A DNA stretch of 62,654 bases from an uncultured Bacilli bacterium. Lineage in GTDB: Bacteria > Bacillota_I > Bacilli_A > RF39 > UBA660. The stretch covers positions 1 to 62,654 of the forward strand of contig CALVRT010000081.1 in NCBI GenBank assembly GCA_944358735.1, written 5' to 3'. The notes under the pieces were generated by a model, which saw nothing but the letters and a program-made list of their open reading frames with translations, made no database searches and was not told where the DNA came from. Shown piece after piece: positions 28,205 through 37,341 of the stretch. The first letter of the stretch is position 1; each line of letters starts with the position of its first letter. Made by a program: the position numbers and the translations under genes.

Positions 28205-28257
28205 AAAAAGGCAAAAAATCTATAAAATCGACAATCTTACCATAAGATAAGATTGTC
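28205..28257 (-). terminator. intrinsic terminator after the large pilin-like gene
   Basis: GACAATCTTA (28230-28239) and TAAGATTGTC (28248-28257) form a 10-bp stem, followed by a T-rich tail on the minus strand. Confidence 0.7.
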
Positions 28258-28269
28258 AAAATCGTTTTG

Positions 28270-29475
28270 TTATCTAATATAACATTTACTACCAGAAACA
28301 TAAAAATTAGAATCAGTACAATAATAATAACCACGATGATAAGTAGCAGAAGTTGTAAAAGTTTTTCTACAAGTTGCATAACAATTATAACTATAGCCTT
28401 CAGGTTTTCCAGAGCAACTAGAAGCACAGCCATTAAAAGTACAACTATATCCCTGGGCTTTATAATAAGCTTGATTATCAGTCCAAGAAGCTGCTTGCCC
28501 ATCAGGGCCACAAACATTTCGACCAGTAACGGAAACAGTATTTGTTTTCCTACATGTCGTACCACTTAAAGTATAACCACTTGGACAAGTATAATAAGGA
28601 CTAGAATATGAAGCTGATTTTTCAACTATCATCGTAAGTGAAGCTGTTTTTGTATTTGTACCATCGGTAATTATACCAACTAATATTCCGTTATTTGCAA
28701 AATAAACATTAGTGTTGCCATTAACACTTGATTGCAAAGAATCATCTTTTTGATATGAACATCTTATATTTCCATATAATCCACACTGGTTTTGATAATT
28801 TATTTGCCCATAGCGGCTTGACTGCAATAAACTTGGAATTTGTAATAATTTTGTTGTTACTTCTTTATCTCCACTAGATTCTTTATTTAAAGAATTTGTT
28901 ACACTAACTTTTATTGTATGACTTGTATTTTGAGTTAATCCTGTAAAAGTATAAGAACAACTTTCTTCTTTACATACACCGTCTTTTACTGGCATTAATA
29001 TAGGTGTTTCATCATCTATTTGAAAATTATAGAAACTAACTAGACTTTCTTCTTCTTTAACCTTAACATCAACACTAATAGAATTTGTCGTACTAGATGT
29101 ATCTAGTGTGATAATCGGCGGAGTATTATCAACAAGTGCATATTCTCGGCATTCTGAACTTTCTGAATAATTATAATAATAAGCCTCATCTTTTTTTGTT
29201 ATAATTACACACCCTTTATTATTACTTTCAGAGACATAGCCTTCCTTTTCTAAAATATCAATACTAATGCCACCTTTTTCATCCGGTAGTTTTTCTTTAT
29301 TATCATTTCCCCAATTTTTAGTCGCCAACTCTAATGATTCTTTAGACATTTTTTCTGTTTCTTCTTTTCCTTTGTTTATTTGATTTACTACTAAAGGGGC
29401 GACTATTAAAATTATCGCTGATAAAATTAAAACTGTCCCCAAAAGTTCAATTAAAGTAAAACCACTTTTTTTCAT
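28270..29475 (-). CDS. large prepilin-type N-terminal-domain protein with a Cys/Tyr-rich C-terminal module
   Basis: MKKSG/FTLIELLGTVLILSAIILIVAP prepilin motif. The last 110 or so aa carry 16 Cys, with YYTCPSGYTLSGTTC and YYYCTDSNFYVSGSKC as related bracket motifs. Start at ATG 29475 (AGGTGAT upstream). Confidence 0.75.
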   Translation of the reverse strand: MKKSGFTLIELLGTVLILSAIILIVAPLVVNQINKGKEETEKMSKESLELATKNWGNDNKEKLPDEKGGISIDILEKEGYVSESNNKGCVIITKKDEAYYYNYSESSECREYALVDNTPPIITLDTSSTTNSISVDVKVKEEESLVSFYNFQIDDETPILMPVKDGVCKEESCSYTFTGLTQNTSHTIKVSVTNSLNKESSGDKEVTTKLLQIPSLLQSSRYGQINYQNQCGLYGNIRCSYQKDDSLQSSVNGNTNVYFANNGILVGIITDGTNTKTASLTMIVEKSASYSSPYYTCPSGYTLSGTTCRKTNTVSVTGRNVCGPDGQAASWTDNQAYYKAQGYSCTFNGCASSCSGKPEGYSYNCYATCRKTFTTSATYHRGYYYCTDSNFYVSGSKCYIR

Positions 29476-29570
29476 TAAAATCACCTATTCTATATTGATT
29501 ATAACATATATTTTGTTATAAAATAATAATAACTGCAAAACTTTACACAAATTTTAATATAGGTGATAAC

Positions 29571-29849
29571 ATGGAGATAAAAGAATTAAATGGTTTTTGG
29601 GATAATTTCAAAGGACTAATGTTTAAAAAAAACATAAATTACGCTATTAGGCTTAAATGTAATGGTATTCATACCTTTTTTATGAGAATGCCTATCGATG
29701 TTGTTTTAACTGATAAAGAAGGAATTATTATTGATATTATCTATAATCTAAAACCTTGGAAAATAATTTTACCAAAGAAAAATGTTTACTATACTTATGA
29801 ATTTCCTATTAATTTAATAAACTTTAAAATTGGCGATAAAATAAGCTAA
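29571..29849 (+). CDS. DUF192-family protein
   Basis: About 90 aa; GIHTFFMRMPIDVVLTDKEGIIIDI resembles the DUF192/COG1430 core. Confidence 0.55.
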   Translation: MEIKELNGFWDNFKGLMFKKNINYAIRLKCNGIHTFFMRMPIDVVLTDKEGIIIDIIYNLKPWKIILPKKNVYYTYEFPINLINFKIGDKIS

Positions 29850-29883
29850 TTCTACCAAAAATTATTAAAAAAAAAGAAACCTT

Positions 29884-30180
29884 TTAGGCCTCTTTTGGAT
29901 ATACACTAACTTGCTTTTTATCGCGTCCAACACGTTCAAATTTAACTACACCAGGTATTTTAGCAAACAATGTATCATCTTTTCCAATACCTACATTTAC
30001 ACCTGGGTAAATTCTTGTTCCGCGCTGACGATATAAAATACTACCACCGGTAACAAACTGTCCATCAGCAGCTTTCGCACCTAGTCGTTTAGATTCTGAA
30101 TCACGTCCATTTTTAGTTGAACCTTGTCCTTTTTTATGGGCAAAAAGCTGAATATCTAATTCCATAAATTTTAATGACAT
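29884..30180 (-). CDS. rpmA: 50S ribosomal protein L27 with a Prp-cleaved N-terminal extension
   Basis: [28 protein letters not shown]. Start at ATG 30180, 9 nt after GAGGAGG; the longer track ORF start (30198) overlaps prp. Confidence 0.95.
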   Translation of the reverse strand: MSLKFMELDIQLFAHKKGQGSTKNGRDSESKRLGAKAADGQFVTGGSILYRQRGTRIYPGVNVGIGKDDTLFAKIPGVVKFERVGRDKKQVSVYPKEA

Positions 30181-30184
30181 TAGA

Positions 30185-30481
30185 CTACACCTCCTCATTT
30201 ACTATAATGTTTTGTTTATATTTTTTAGAAAGTTCTTTTAATAACTCTAGCATATTTAAAATAACTGTTTTGATAATTTCATCATTACTTAAAATATCAA
30301 TCGTAAGTGTTTCATCATTATAGTTATAATTTAAAGATTTATCATTAAACCTTAAAGCTAAATTAACACTTGTTGTTACGATGCTACTTACTGATGCACA
30401 AACGATGTCTTTTCCATAATCATCATACATCGCATGTCCAGTTATTTTTATTTGCTTATCTTTAATACATACTTTAATCAT
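30185..30481 (-). CDS. prp: ribosomal-processing cysteine protease Prp
   Basis: [20 protein letters not shown] (His/Cys dyad), located between rplU and rpmA. Confidence 0.9.
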   Translation of the reverse strand: MIKVCIKDKQIKITGHAMYDDYGKDIVCASVSSIVTTSVNLALRFNDKSLNYNYNDETLTIDILSNDEIIKTVILNMLELLKELSKKYKQNIIVNEEV

Positions 30482-30483
30482 AC

Positions 30484-30783
30484 TTAAGCACTAACTTTAG
30501 TAATTTCTATTTTAGTATAAGGCTGACGGTGTCCTTGTGTACGACGATATTTTTTCTTCGCACGATATTTAAAGACAACTATTTTTTTAGCCTTACCTTG
30601 TTTTAGAACTTTACCCTCTACTTTAGCTCCTTCAACATAAGGCGTTCCGCTTTTCCCATCAATCATTAAAACCTTATCAAATTTAATAGTATCTCCTTCG
30701 GCAGCATCAAGTTTTTCAACATATAAAATCGTACCTTTTTCGATATAATATTGTTTACCACCGGTTTCAATAACTGCTTTCAT
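30484..30783 (-). CDS. rplU: 50S ribosomal protein L21
   Basis: [17 protein letters not shown] ... [24 protein letters not shown]. Confidence 0.97.
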   Translation of the reverse strand: MKAVIETGGKQYYIEKGTILYVEKLDAAEGDTIKFDKVLMIDGKSGTPYVEGAKVEGKVLKQGKAKKIVVFKYRAKKKYRRTQGHRQPYTKIEITKVSA

Positions 30784-30890
30784 TTTAGTACCTCCTTTTA
30801 AATCTAAGACTCGCCATTAAGGTAGTTTAATACTTTTAAACCTTTTTTGTGCGGTTGTAGAGTTGAGGCTCTACACAATTAATGATTTTA
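30784..30890 (-). promoter_or_regulatory. rplU 5' leader with a conserved-looking hairpin (possible L21 leader)
   Basis: TGTAGAG-ttgagg-CTCTACA hairpin at 30856-30875, in the position where Firmicutes carry the L21 autoregulatory leader. I cannot verify the motif. Confidence 0.3.
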
Positions 30891-31595
30891 TCACATTTTA
30901 CTTTTAAAGTCAAATCTTTTTTTTAAAGCTTCTTTTTCCGTGATATATTTACCTTTTTCCTTAAATAAATGTTTATAATCTCGTTTCATTTTCGCATAGT
31001 TAAGACTTTTAATATTTTTATGTTTTTTAAAATTAAAATCATTATTATATCGTTCTAATAAAAATAAATTAAAAATATTATTATGGTCTTTATATTCCAA
31101 ATATACTTTAACAGCTACAAAAACAATAATTAGAACTATTAGTAAATTATATTTAATTTTTAATAAAAGTATTATTATCGTTAAAAAAGAAATATAAATT
31201 GTTAGAAGATGGCTTCTTTTAAAACTAATTATTTTATTTAAAATTATATTTAAAAATTTAGCCCCATCTAAAGGATAGCTGGGAAGTAGATTAAAACTTA
31301 AAATAGCCAAGCTATAATCTAAAACAGGTACTCCATAAAACTTAACTAAAAAATAAGTACCAATTAACTGAAATAGTGGCCCCATTATTAAAATAATAAA
31401 TTCTTCTTTTAAAGGTTTATTTATTTTTTCATGAAAAATTGTCAAAGCTCCAAAAGGCAAAAGTAAAACTTTTTCAATATGCCACTTATAAAATAAAGCG
31501 GCCAAAATATGGCCTAGTTCGTGAATTATAATAATTAAGGTAAATAACAAAAATCCCTTAAAGTTACCCGTTATTACTGCGATAAAAGCGACCAA
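30891..31595 (-). CDS. spoIVFB: SpoIVFB-type site-2 metalloprotease (peptidase M50)
   Basis: HELGH and NLLPSYPLDG motifs, 6 TM, and synteny spoIVFA-spoIVFB-rplU as in Bacillus. The TTG at 31595 is the first canonical start, but homology (KIHLFYY) continues upstream. Confidence 0.8.
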   Translation of the reverse strand: MVAFIAVITGNFKGFLLFTLIIIIHELGHILAALFYKWHIEKVLLLPFGALTIFHEKINKPLKEEFIILIMGPLFQLIGTYFLVKFYGVPVLDYSLAILSFNLLPSYPLDGAKFLNIILNKIISFKRSHLLTIYISFLTIIILLLKIKYNLLIVLIIVFVAVKVYLEYKDHNNIFNLFLLERYNNDFNFKKHKNIKSLNYAKMKRDYKHLFKEKGKYITEKEALKKRFDFKSKM

Positions 31596-31614
31596 ATAAT
31601 AAAAGAGATGAATT

Positions 31615-32172
31615 TTAAATATAGTCTTTATAATTTAAAAACTTCCCTTCTTTTTGAAAGTACATATTTAAAGTATTTTCTTTAGCTTCGCCAACTGTAT
31701 CACCAGCTTTAACATAATCGTATAAACTAATATTAGTGGTATCTAAATTACTATACCATACTTCAACATTGTCAGGGCGCTGGATAACAATGGTATTGCC
31801 ATAACCTTCTTTTTCACCGGCAAAAATAACTAGGCCTCGCGAAATAGCAGGAATTGCATAATTATCAGCAAGAGTTAAAGATACTCCATCACCATTTTTT
31901 TTACTTTTGTCATATTCAAGTTTAACACTAGAAACAACTTCTGTTTCTTCTTCATTTACAAAAGGCAAAGATGACCCAAAATATTTTTCGTAAATATCAT
32001 TTATCTTGGCAAAACTAAAATTATTTTGAAAAACAGTTTTATAAACTTTTTCTTGTAAGCTAGGATTTGCTTTTAAAACAATTAAACTAACTAAACAAAT
32101 TATAATTAAAAACAAAAAACGATTTAAATATTTAACATACCTAGGCCTTTCCACCTTTTTCTTTTTAGACAT
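31615..32172 (-). CDS. spoIVFA: SpoIVFA-like protein (degenerate LytM/M23 domain)
   Basis: N-terminal basic region plus TM helix. The C-terminal M23-like fold (GLVIFAGEKEGYGNTIVIQ ... VKAGDTVGEA) lacks metal ligands. Synteny supports the call. Confidence 0.65.
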   Translation of the reverse strand: MSKKKKVERPRYVKYLNRFLFLIIICLVSLIVLKANPSLQEKVYKTVFQNNFSFAKINDIYEKYFGSSLPFVNEEETEVVSSVKLEYDKSKKNGDGVSLTLADNYAIPAISRGLVIFAGEKEGYGNTIVIQRPDNVEVWYSNLDTTNISLYDYVKAGDTVGEAKENTLNMYFQKEGKFLNYKDYI

Positions 32173-32220
32173 ATTATCACCTTACTATATTTTATTTAAA
32201 ATATAGTTTTTTAGACTAAA

Positions 32221-32255
32221 TTATGTAGAATTCTACATAATTTTATACAAAAAAA
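32221..32255. repeat. 35-nt intergenic element, copy A
   Basis: ttatgTAGAATTCTACATAATTTTatACAAAAAAA matches 41932-41966 at 32 of 35 positions. It contains the 16-nt palindrome ATGTAGAATTCTACAT. Confidence 0.85.
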
Positions 32256-32264
32256 AAAGAAGCA

Positions 32265-33911
32265 TTACACTTCTTCAATAACAATTAAAATCATTGGTTT
32301 ACATTCTGTTTCTTTATAGAAATATTTACCAACTTTATCACGAACATCATTTTTTATTTTAGCAAAGTCAATATGACTTTCTTTAGTATGCTCTTTTATT
32401 AAATCTAAAGAAATTTTAGCCGCCTCTTTTATTAATTCTGTATTTTCTTTAACAAAAATAAATCCTCTAGTTAGAACCTCTGGTCCTGAAAGTAATTCTT
32501 TAGTTTTCTTATCAAGAGTTGCCGTTATAATAACAATACCGTTATCACTTAAAAGTTCTCTATCTTTTAATACTAATTCCCCAACATCACCCGCTGACAA
32601 TCCATCAATTAAAATGTCATCAATAGGTTCTTTCATATTTTTTGGAACTAATTTACCATTTTCAAAATAAGCTACTTCCCCATTTAAATGTAACAAAATA
32701 TTTTCATCTTGCATTCCAACAGTTTTAGCCACATTAGCATTAGCTACTTGATGACGGTATTCACCAATAACTGGAAAATAATATTTTGGATGCATTAAAT
32801 CAAGCATCAACATTAAGTCTTCACTAGAAGCGTGATGCGACAAATATTTTTTTTCTGGTAATGTTATAACATTAGCGCCGATTTTAGCTAACCTATCCAT
32901 AAGTTTAGTTGCACTGCTTTCCATACCATCTAAAATTGGAGAAGCAAAAACAATTGTATCTTGGTCGCTAATTTTAATAAACTTATCATACCCTTTGGCT
33001 ATACGCCATAAATTTGAAAAAGGTCTTTCCATTTCATCAGAAACAATAACCACCACTTTTTCATCGTTAATATGATGAATTGAAGTAATTTTTTTACGGT
33101 CAAAATCCAAATATTTTAAATCAATGGCCTTTAAAATCATTGTCTCTAATCTTTTACCCATAATTACGACTTTACGGTCTGTAAGCTTTATTTCATTAAA
33201 CAACTCTTGAATCCGATAAAGTTGCGCCTGATAAATATTATATAAAATGCGCCCTTCATTTTTATTTAACACTTCACTGATTACCGCACTAGTACGATGA
33301 TTTGGTGAAGTAAAACCTTTTTTATCAGCATATAAGGACTCGCTCATCAAGCATAATACACCTTGTTTACCAACGTACGCTAGTTTGCCAATATCTGTTT
33401 TATAATGACCTATCATCGTCGGGTCAAAGACAAAATTACCAGTATAGAAAATAACACCGTCTTTAGTATATAAAGCATAGCCAACCGTATCTGGTACGGT
33501 ATGTGTTAAAGAAATTGGAAAAATTGCATTTTCACCAAACTCTAATTTTCGGTGAGGTTTAATTAAAACCAAATTATCAAGTGGTAAACCTTCAGCTAAA
33601 AAGTCTTCTTTAATAATTTCTAACGTAAAAGCTGTAGCATATACTTTTAAAGTTGGTAGTTCTTTTAAAATATTTGTTAAAGCTCCCATGTGTTCATCAT
33701 GTCCGTGAGTAATAAATATTCCCTTTATCCGTTTAAGATTTCTCTTTAAATAATCAAATGACGGGATGATATAATCAACCCCAAGCATTTTATCATCAGC
33801 ATACTTTAGACCGGCATCAAACACAAAAATATCTTTATTTACTTCGACAACATACATATTTTTCCCGTTTTCATTTAAGCCGCCTAAAGCAAAAATTTTA
33901 ATTTTACTCAT
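32265..33911 (-). CDS. rnj: ribonuclease J
   Basis: Metallo-beta-lactamase motif THGHDEHMG plus beta-CASP and C-terminal domains. Start at ATG 33911 (AGGAG 5 nt upstream). Confidence 0.92.
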   Translation of the reverse strand: MSKIKIFALGGLNENGKNMYVVEVNKDIFVFDAGLKYADDKMLGVDYIIPSFDYLKRNLKRIKGIFITHGHDEHMGALTNILKELPTLKVYATAFTLEIIKEDFLAEGLPLDNLVLIKPHRKLEFGENAIFPISLTHTVPDTVGYALYTKDGVIFYTGNFVFDPTMIGHYKTDIGKLAYVGKQGVLCLMSESLYADKKGFTSPNHRTSAVISEVLNKNEGRILYNIYQAQLYRIQELFNEIKLTDRKVVIMGKRLETMILKAIDLKYLDFDRKKITSIHHINDEKVVVIVSDEMERPFSNLWRIAKGYDKFIKISDQDTIVFASPILDGMESSATKLMDRLAKIGANVITLPEKKYLSHHASSEDLMLMLDLMHPKYYFPVIGEYRHQVANANVAKTVGMQDENILLHLNGEVAYFENGKLVPKNMKEPIDDILIDGLSAGDVGELVLKDRELLSDNGIVIITATLDKKTKELLSGPEVLTRGFIFVKENTELIKEAAKISLDLIKEHTKESHIDFAKIKNDVRDKVGKYFYKETECKPMILIVIEEV

Positions 33912-33976
33912 TTTTTCTCCTTTCTTTTTTCTATAAATCTTTAACAATTATATCAAAACAAAGAAAAAAAAGCAAA

Positions 33977-34912
33977 CTAGTCATTTGCTTCATCGATAAA
34001 TATTTTATTAACTTCACTTTTTGGTAATAACATATTTATACCATCAATAACCTTAATATCAAAAGTTTTAGATTTGTCTTTATACTTTTCACCATCTATA
34101 CACCAATATTTTCGCGGTTCTTCGGCTAAAGTAATCTTTAAATGATTTGTCCTAAAGAAATAAAAGCCTGGAACTTTGCGAATGTCTGTTGTTTTCATAT
34201 AATATAAACTTTTAATTATATCTTTTTTAGTAGCTATATTTGAAAATAGAACTTCAATAAGCCCATCATTCATTTTCACATCTTTAAAAAAGTCAAAACC
34301 GCCCATTCGGCTTGCATTACAAATTAAAATAAATGAATATAAACCTTTACAAACCTCTCCGTTAGCTTCATAGGTAACTTCAAACAAATTGGTTTTTTGA
34401 AAAAATGATTTAACACCATTAATTAAATAAGCCAAATAACCATAACGTTTTTTTAAATTACGCGGTGTTTCATAAGCAACATTGATAAATTTACCAAGAC
34501 CGGCCACATAAACAAAAGGCTGATTATTAATCGTACAAATATCTAGTTTTCGTTCAACGCCAGCTAAAATTAACTTTAAATTATTAACTGGGTCTTTACC
34601 CATTCCAAACATCGCCCCTAAATCATTAGCCGTTCCAAGCGGAATATGTGAAAGTAATAACTTATCCTTTCTTTTTATATTGCCACTAACAACCTCATTA
34701 AAAGTGCCGTCGCCACCTAAAGAAATAAGTAAATCAACATCATTTAAATTTTTGACTATCTCTTTAGCATGCCCACTATATTTAGTATAAAAAACTTCTG
34801 TTTCATAATTTTCTGAAGCTAATATTTTAACAAAGTCATTAATTATTTTATCTTTATCATTTGACCCACTATTTGGATTACATAAAATTACGCATTTTTT
34901 CATTTCAGTCAC
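33977..34912 (-). CDS. dagK: diacylglycerol/lipid kinase (DagK/YegS family)
   Basis: NPNSGS ... LISLGGDGTFNEV ... IPLGTANDL. Confidence 0.85.
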   Translation of the reverse strand: MTEMKKCVILCNPNSGSNDKDKIINDFVKILASENYETEVFYTKYSGHAKEIVKNLNDVDLLISLGGDGTFNEVVSGNIKRKDKLLLSHIPLGTANDLGAMFGMGKDPVNNLKLILAGVERKLDICTINNQPFVYVAGLGKFINVAYETPRNLKKRYGYLAYLINGVKSFFQKTNLFEVTYEANGEVCKGLYSFILICNASRMGGFDFFKDVKMNDGLIEVLFSNIATKKDIIKSLYYMKTTDIRKVPGFYFFRTNHLKITLAEEPRKYWCIDGEKYKDKSKTFDIKVIDGINMLLPKSEVNKIFIDEAND

Positions 34913-34952
34913 CGCTTTTATTATATATTATTTTTATTATTTGTTCAAGTTG

Positions 34953-36146
34953 TTAAAATAATTCATTTTTTATATTTGGATTTTGTAAAACTTTTATTAA
35001 ATAATCAATTTCTTCTTTTGTATTATAAAAATATAAACTAATTCGGCAAGTGTTTTTTATTTCAAGTTCTTCTTTTAACATTTTAGCACAGTGACTACCA
35101 GCTCTAACACAAATATTATATTTATCTAAATAAATAGCTAGGTCTTGCGGAAAAATATCTAAATAATTAAAAGCAATTATCGCACTATCACTATGTTCAT
35201 TATAAATTTTTATTTGTGGTATTTCTTTTAATCTTTTAATTAAATAAGTTCTTAATTTTTTTTCTTCATTAGTAATATTATTAATACCAATATTATTTAA
35301 ATATTCTAATATATAACCAAAAGCAATGACGTCTCCAACATTAGGTGTCCCCGCCTCTAGCAAACCTGGAAGTTCTTTATAAAAACGTCTTCCATCTGTA
35401 CTAAATTCAGCATTCATTCCACCACCAAAGATTATAGGTCTAGTATCTTTTAATAATTTTTCTTTACCATATAAAATACCAACTCCCGTTGGGCCACACA
35501 TTTTATGGGCTGAAAAAGCTAAAAAATCAATATCTAAATCTTCGACATCAACTTTTATATGCGGAACACTTTGAGCACCATCAACGACAACTAAAATATT
35601 ATTTTTATGCGCATAAGCACATATTTCTTTAATGGGTCTAATATCACCAACAACATTAGTAACATGAGCGATAGAAATAACTTTGGTTTTCGCGGTAATA
35701 CTTTTTATTACATTTTCCGTTGTTACCTCGTGGTTTTCGTTAAGTGGTATATAATTTATAATTAAACCAAGTTCATCAGCAAGTTCAAACCAGGGTAAAA
35801 TATTAGAAGCATGCTCACTTTTAGTAAGTAACACTTCATCACCTTTTTTTAAATGATTACGAAAATATCCAAAAATTATTTTATTTAAACTATCAGTTGC
35901 TCCACTAGTAAAAATTATTTCCTTACTACTTCTTGCACCAATAAAATCTTTAACTAATTTTCTTGTTTTTTCATACATATTACTTGCTTTTAGACTAATT
36001 GTATAATCCCCTCTATGGGCATTAGAACTATAAAAATTATAGTAATCACTTAAAGCTTCAGATAAAAGAGTTGGTTTTAAAGTTGTTGCTCCATTATCAA
36101 AATAGATAAGTCCCGTTTGTAAAAGCTTAAAATCATCACGGTTCAT
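34953..36146 (-). CDS. class V aminotransferase, cysteine desulfurase (SufS/Csd-like)
   Basis: The PLP lysine lies in SAHKMCGPTGVGILYG; the catalytic Cys lies in RAGSHCA. Confidence 0.85.
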   Translation of the reverse strand: MNRDDFKLLQTGLIYFDNGATTLKPTLLSEALSDYYNFYSSNAHRGDYTISLKASNMYEKTRKLVKDFIGARSSKEIIFTSGATDSLNKIIFGYFRNHLKKGDEVLLTKSEHASNILPWFELADELGLIINYIPLNENHEVTTENVIKSITAKTKVISIAHVTNVVGDIRPIKEICAYAHKNNILVVVDGAQSVPHIKVDVEDLDIDFLAFSAHKMCGPTGVGILYGKEKLLKDTRPIIFGGGMNAEFSTDGRRFYKELPGLLEAGTPNVGDVIAFGYILEYLNNIGINNITNEEKKLRTYLIKRLKEIPQIKIYNEHSDSAIIAFNYLDIFPQDLAIYLDKYNICVRAGSHCAKMLKEELEIKNTCRISLYFYNTKEEIDYLIKVLQNPNIKNELF

Positions 36147-36393
36147 TTGCTTACCTCCTTTACTTCTAATATTATTATATTATAGTTTTTCAAAGTCGTA
36201 CCGGCAGTTTATTAATAAAAACCGGTGGTTACCTATATTTTACCATTTTTTTTCACTTTTTTGCATATTTTCAGGTAATTATTCTCAATATAATATAGAA
36301 TATTCGCAGATATTCACTAATAAAAGAGTTTATGCTCTTTTTTCTTTACTTCAAATTTAATTCATTGTATAATAACTTTAGGAGAGTGATAAT

Positions 36394-36756
36394 ATGGATA
36401 TTTTTTGTAAAATAATTAATGGAGAAATTCCAAGTTTTACGGTATATGAAGACGATGTTGTTAAAGTTTTTTTAGATGTTAATCCTGATGTAAATGGTCA
36501 TATGTTAATTGTTCCCAAAAAACATATTTTAGATATTTATGATATGGATAATGATACTTTACTACACATTTTTAAAATTACTAAAGAAATGGATAAATTA
36601 TTAAAAGAAAAATTACACACTGAAGGTCTTACTTTAGTTCAAAATAATGGTTTACTTCAAGAAGTTAAACACTTTCATTTACATTTAAAACCACATTACA
36701 GTGAAAAAGAAGAACTTTTACCTGTAGAAGATGTTTACAAAAAGCTAACTAAATAG
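36394..36756 (+). CDS. HIT-family nucleotide hydrolase/transferase
   Basis: Histidine triad HFHLHLKP; N-terminus CIFCKII-like (DIFCKIINGEIPS). Confidence 0.9.
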   Translation: MDIFCKIINGEIPSFTVYEDDVVKVFLDVNPDVNGHMLIVPKKHILDIYDMDNDTLLHIFKITKEMDKLLKEKLHTEGLTLVQNNGLLQEVKHFHLHLKPHYSEKEELLPVEDVYKKLTK

Positions 36757-36816
36757 TTCTTTTTTTATGTAAAATCGGAATACCACTCCGGATTTGCATA
36801 AAATTAAAAATGGCAT

Positions 36817-37341
36817 TTAGCCATTAATTACCTTAATTATTTCATTAACAACGTTATTTATATAAGCGTCTTTATTTTTTCTTTGATAAATATATATATA
36901 AGAAGGATGCATAATAGAAACCACTTTAGACTTAATGATTATATTATTATGATTAATATAAGTGTTAAAATAATTAGCTACATTATTTCCTAGTAAAAAT
37001 ATTATTTTCGGTTTAAAATAATTAATTTCATTTAACAAATTTGAAATGCAAGCTTGCATTTCTATTTTATTTGGATATCTTATTTTTTCCTTTTCATTTA
37101 ATGGTAAACATTTAACTAAATTTGTTTTATAAAAATTTATATTTGGAAGTTTTTCTTCAATTTCTTTAATTATTTTACCACTATTAGTATTTTCTTCTAA
37201 TGGATAGTTTTTCTTTAAGTCATTAACTTTTTTAGCTGATAAACCAACCCACATAACATCACACTTATCTTGATTATCAAGAAGTGGTGCTTGGTTTTTA
37301 TATAAACTACAATTCTGGCACTTTTCGATTTTTAAATTCAT
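36817..37341 (-). CDS. uracil-DNA-glycosylase superfamily protein, family 4/5-like with an altered motif A
   Basis: KCQNCSL ... VMWVGLSAK (in place of GEAPG) ... TNLVKCLPLNEKEKIRYPNKIEMQAC ... HPSYIYI. AGGAG lies 6 nt before the ATG. A 35-nt overlap with the upstream radical SAM gene. Confidence 0.65.
   Translation of the reverse strand: MNLKIEKCQNCSLYKNQAPLLDNQDKCDVMWVGLSAKKVNDLKKNYPLEENTNSGKIIKEIEEKLPNINFYKTNLVKCLPLNEKEKIRYPNKIEMQACISNLLNEINYFKPKIIFLLGNNVANYFNTYINHNNIIIKSKVVSIMHPSYIYIYQRKNKDAYINNVVNEIIKVING

Noticed and set aside
28191-28569. ORFs 28191-28565 (minus) and 28267-28569 (plus)
   Set aside because: They lie in alternative frames or antisense inside the 3' end of the large pilin-like gene. 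They have low-complexity translations and no RBS. They are open only because of the skewed codon composition of the Cys/Tyr/Gly-rich module.
30181-30198. The longer L27 start ([11 protein letters not shown]...) given by the ORF track
   Set aside because: It overlaps prp and has no RBS. ATG 30180 lies 9 nt after GAGGAGG and gives the usual short Prp-cleaved extension ending in ..LF/AHKKG.
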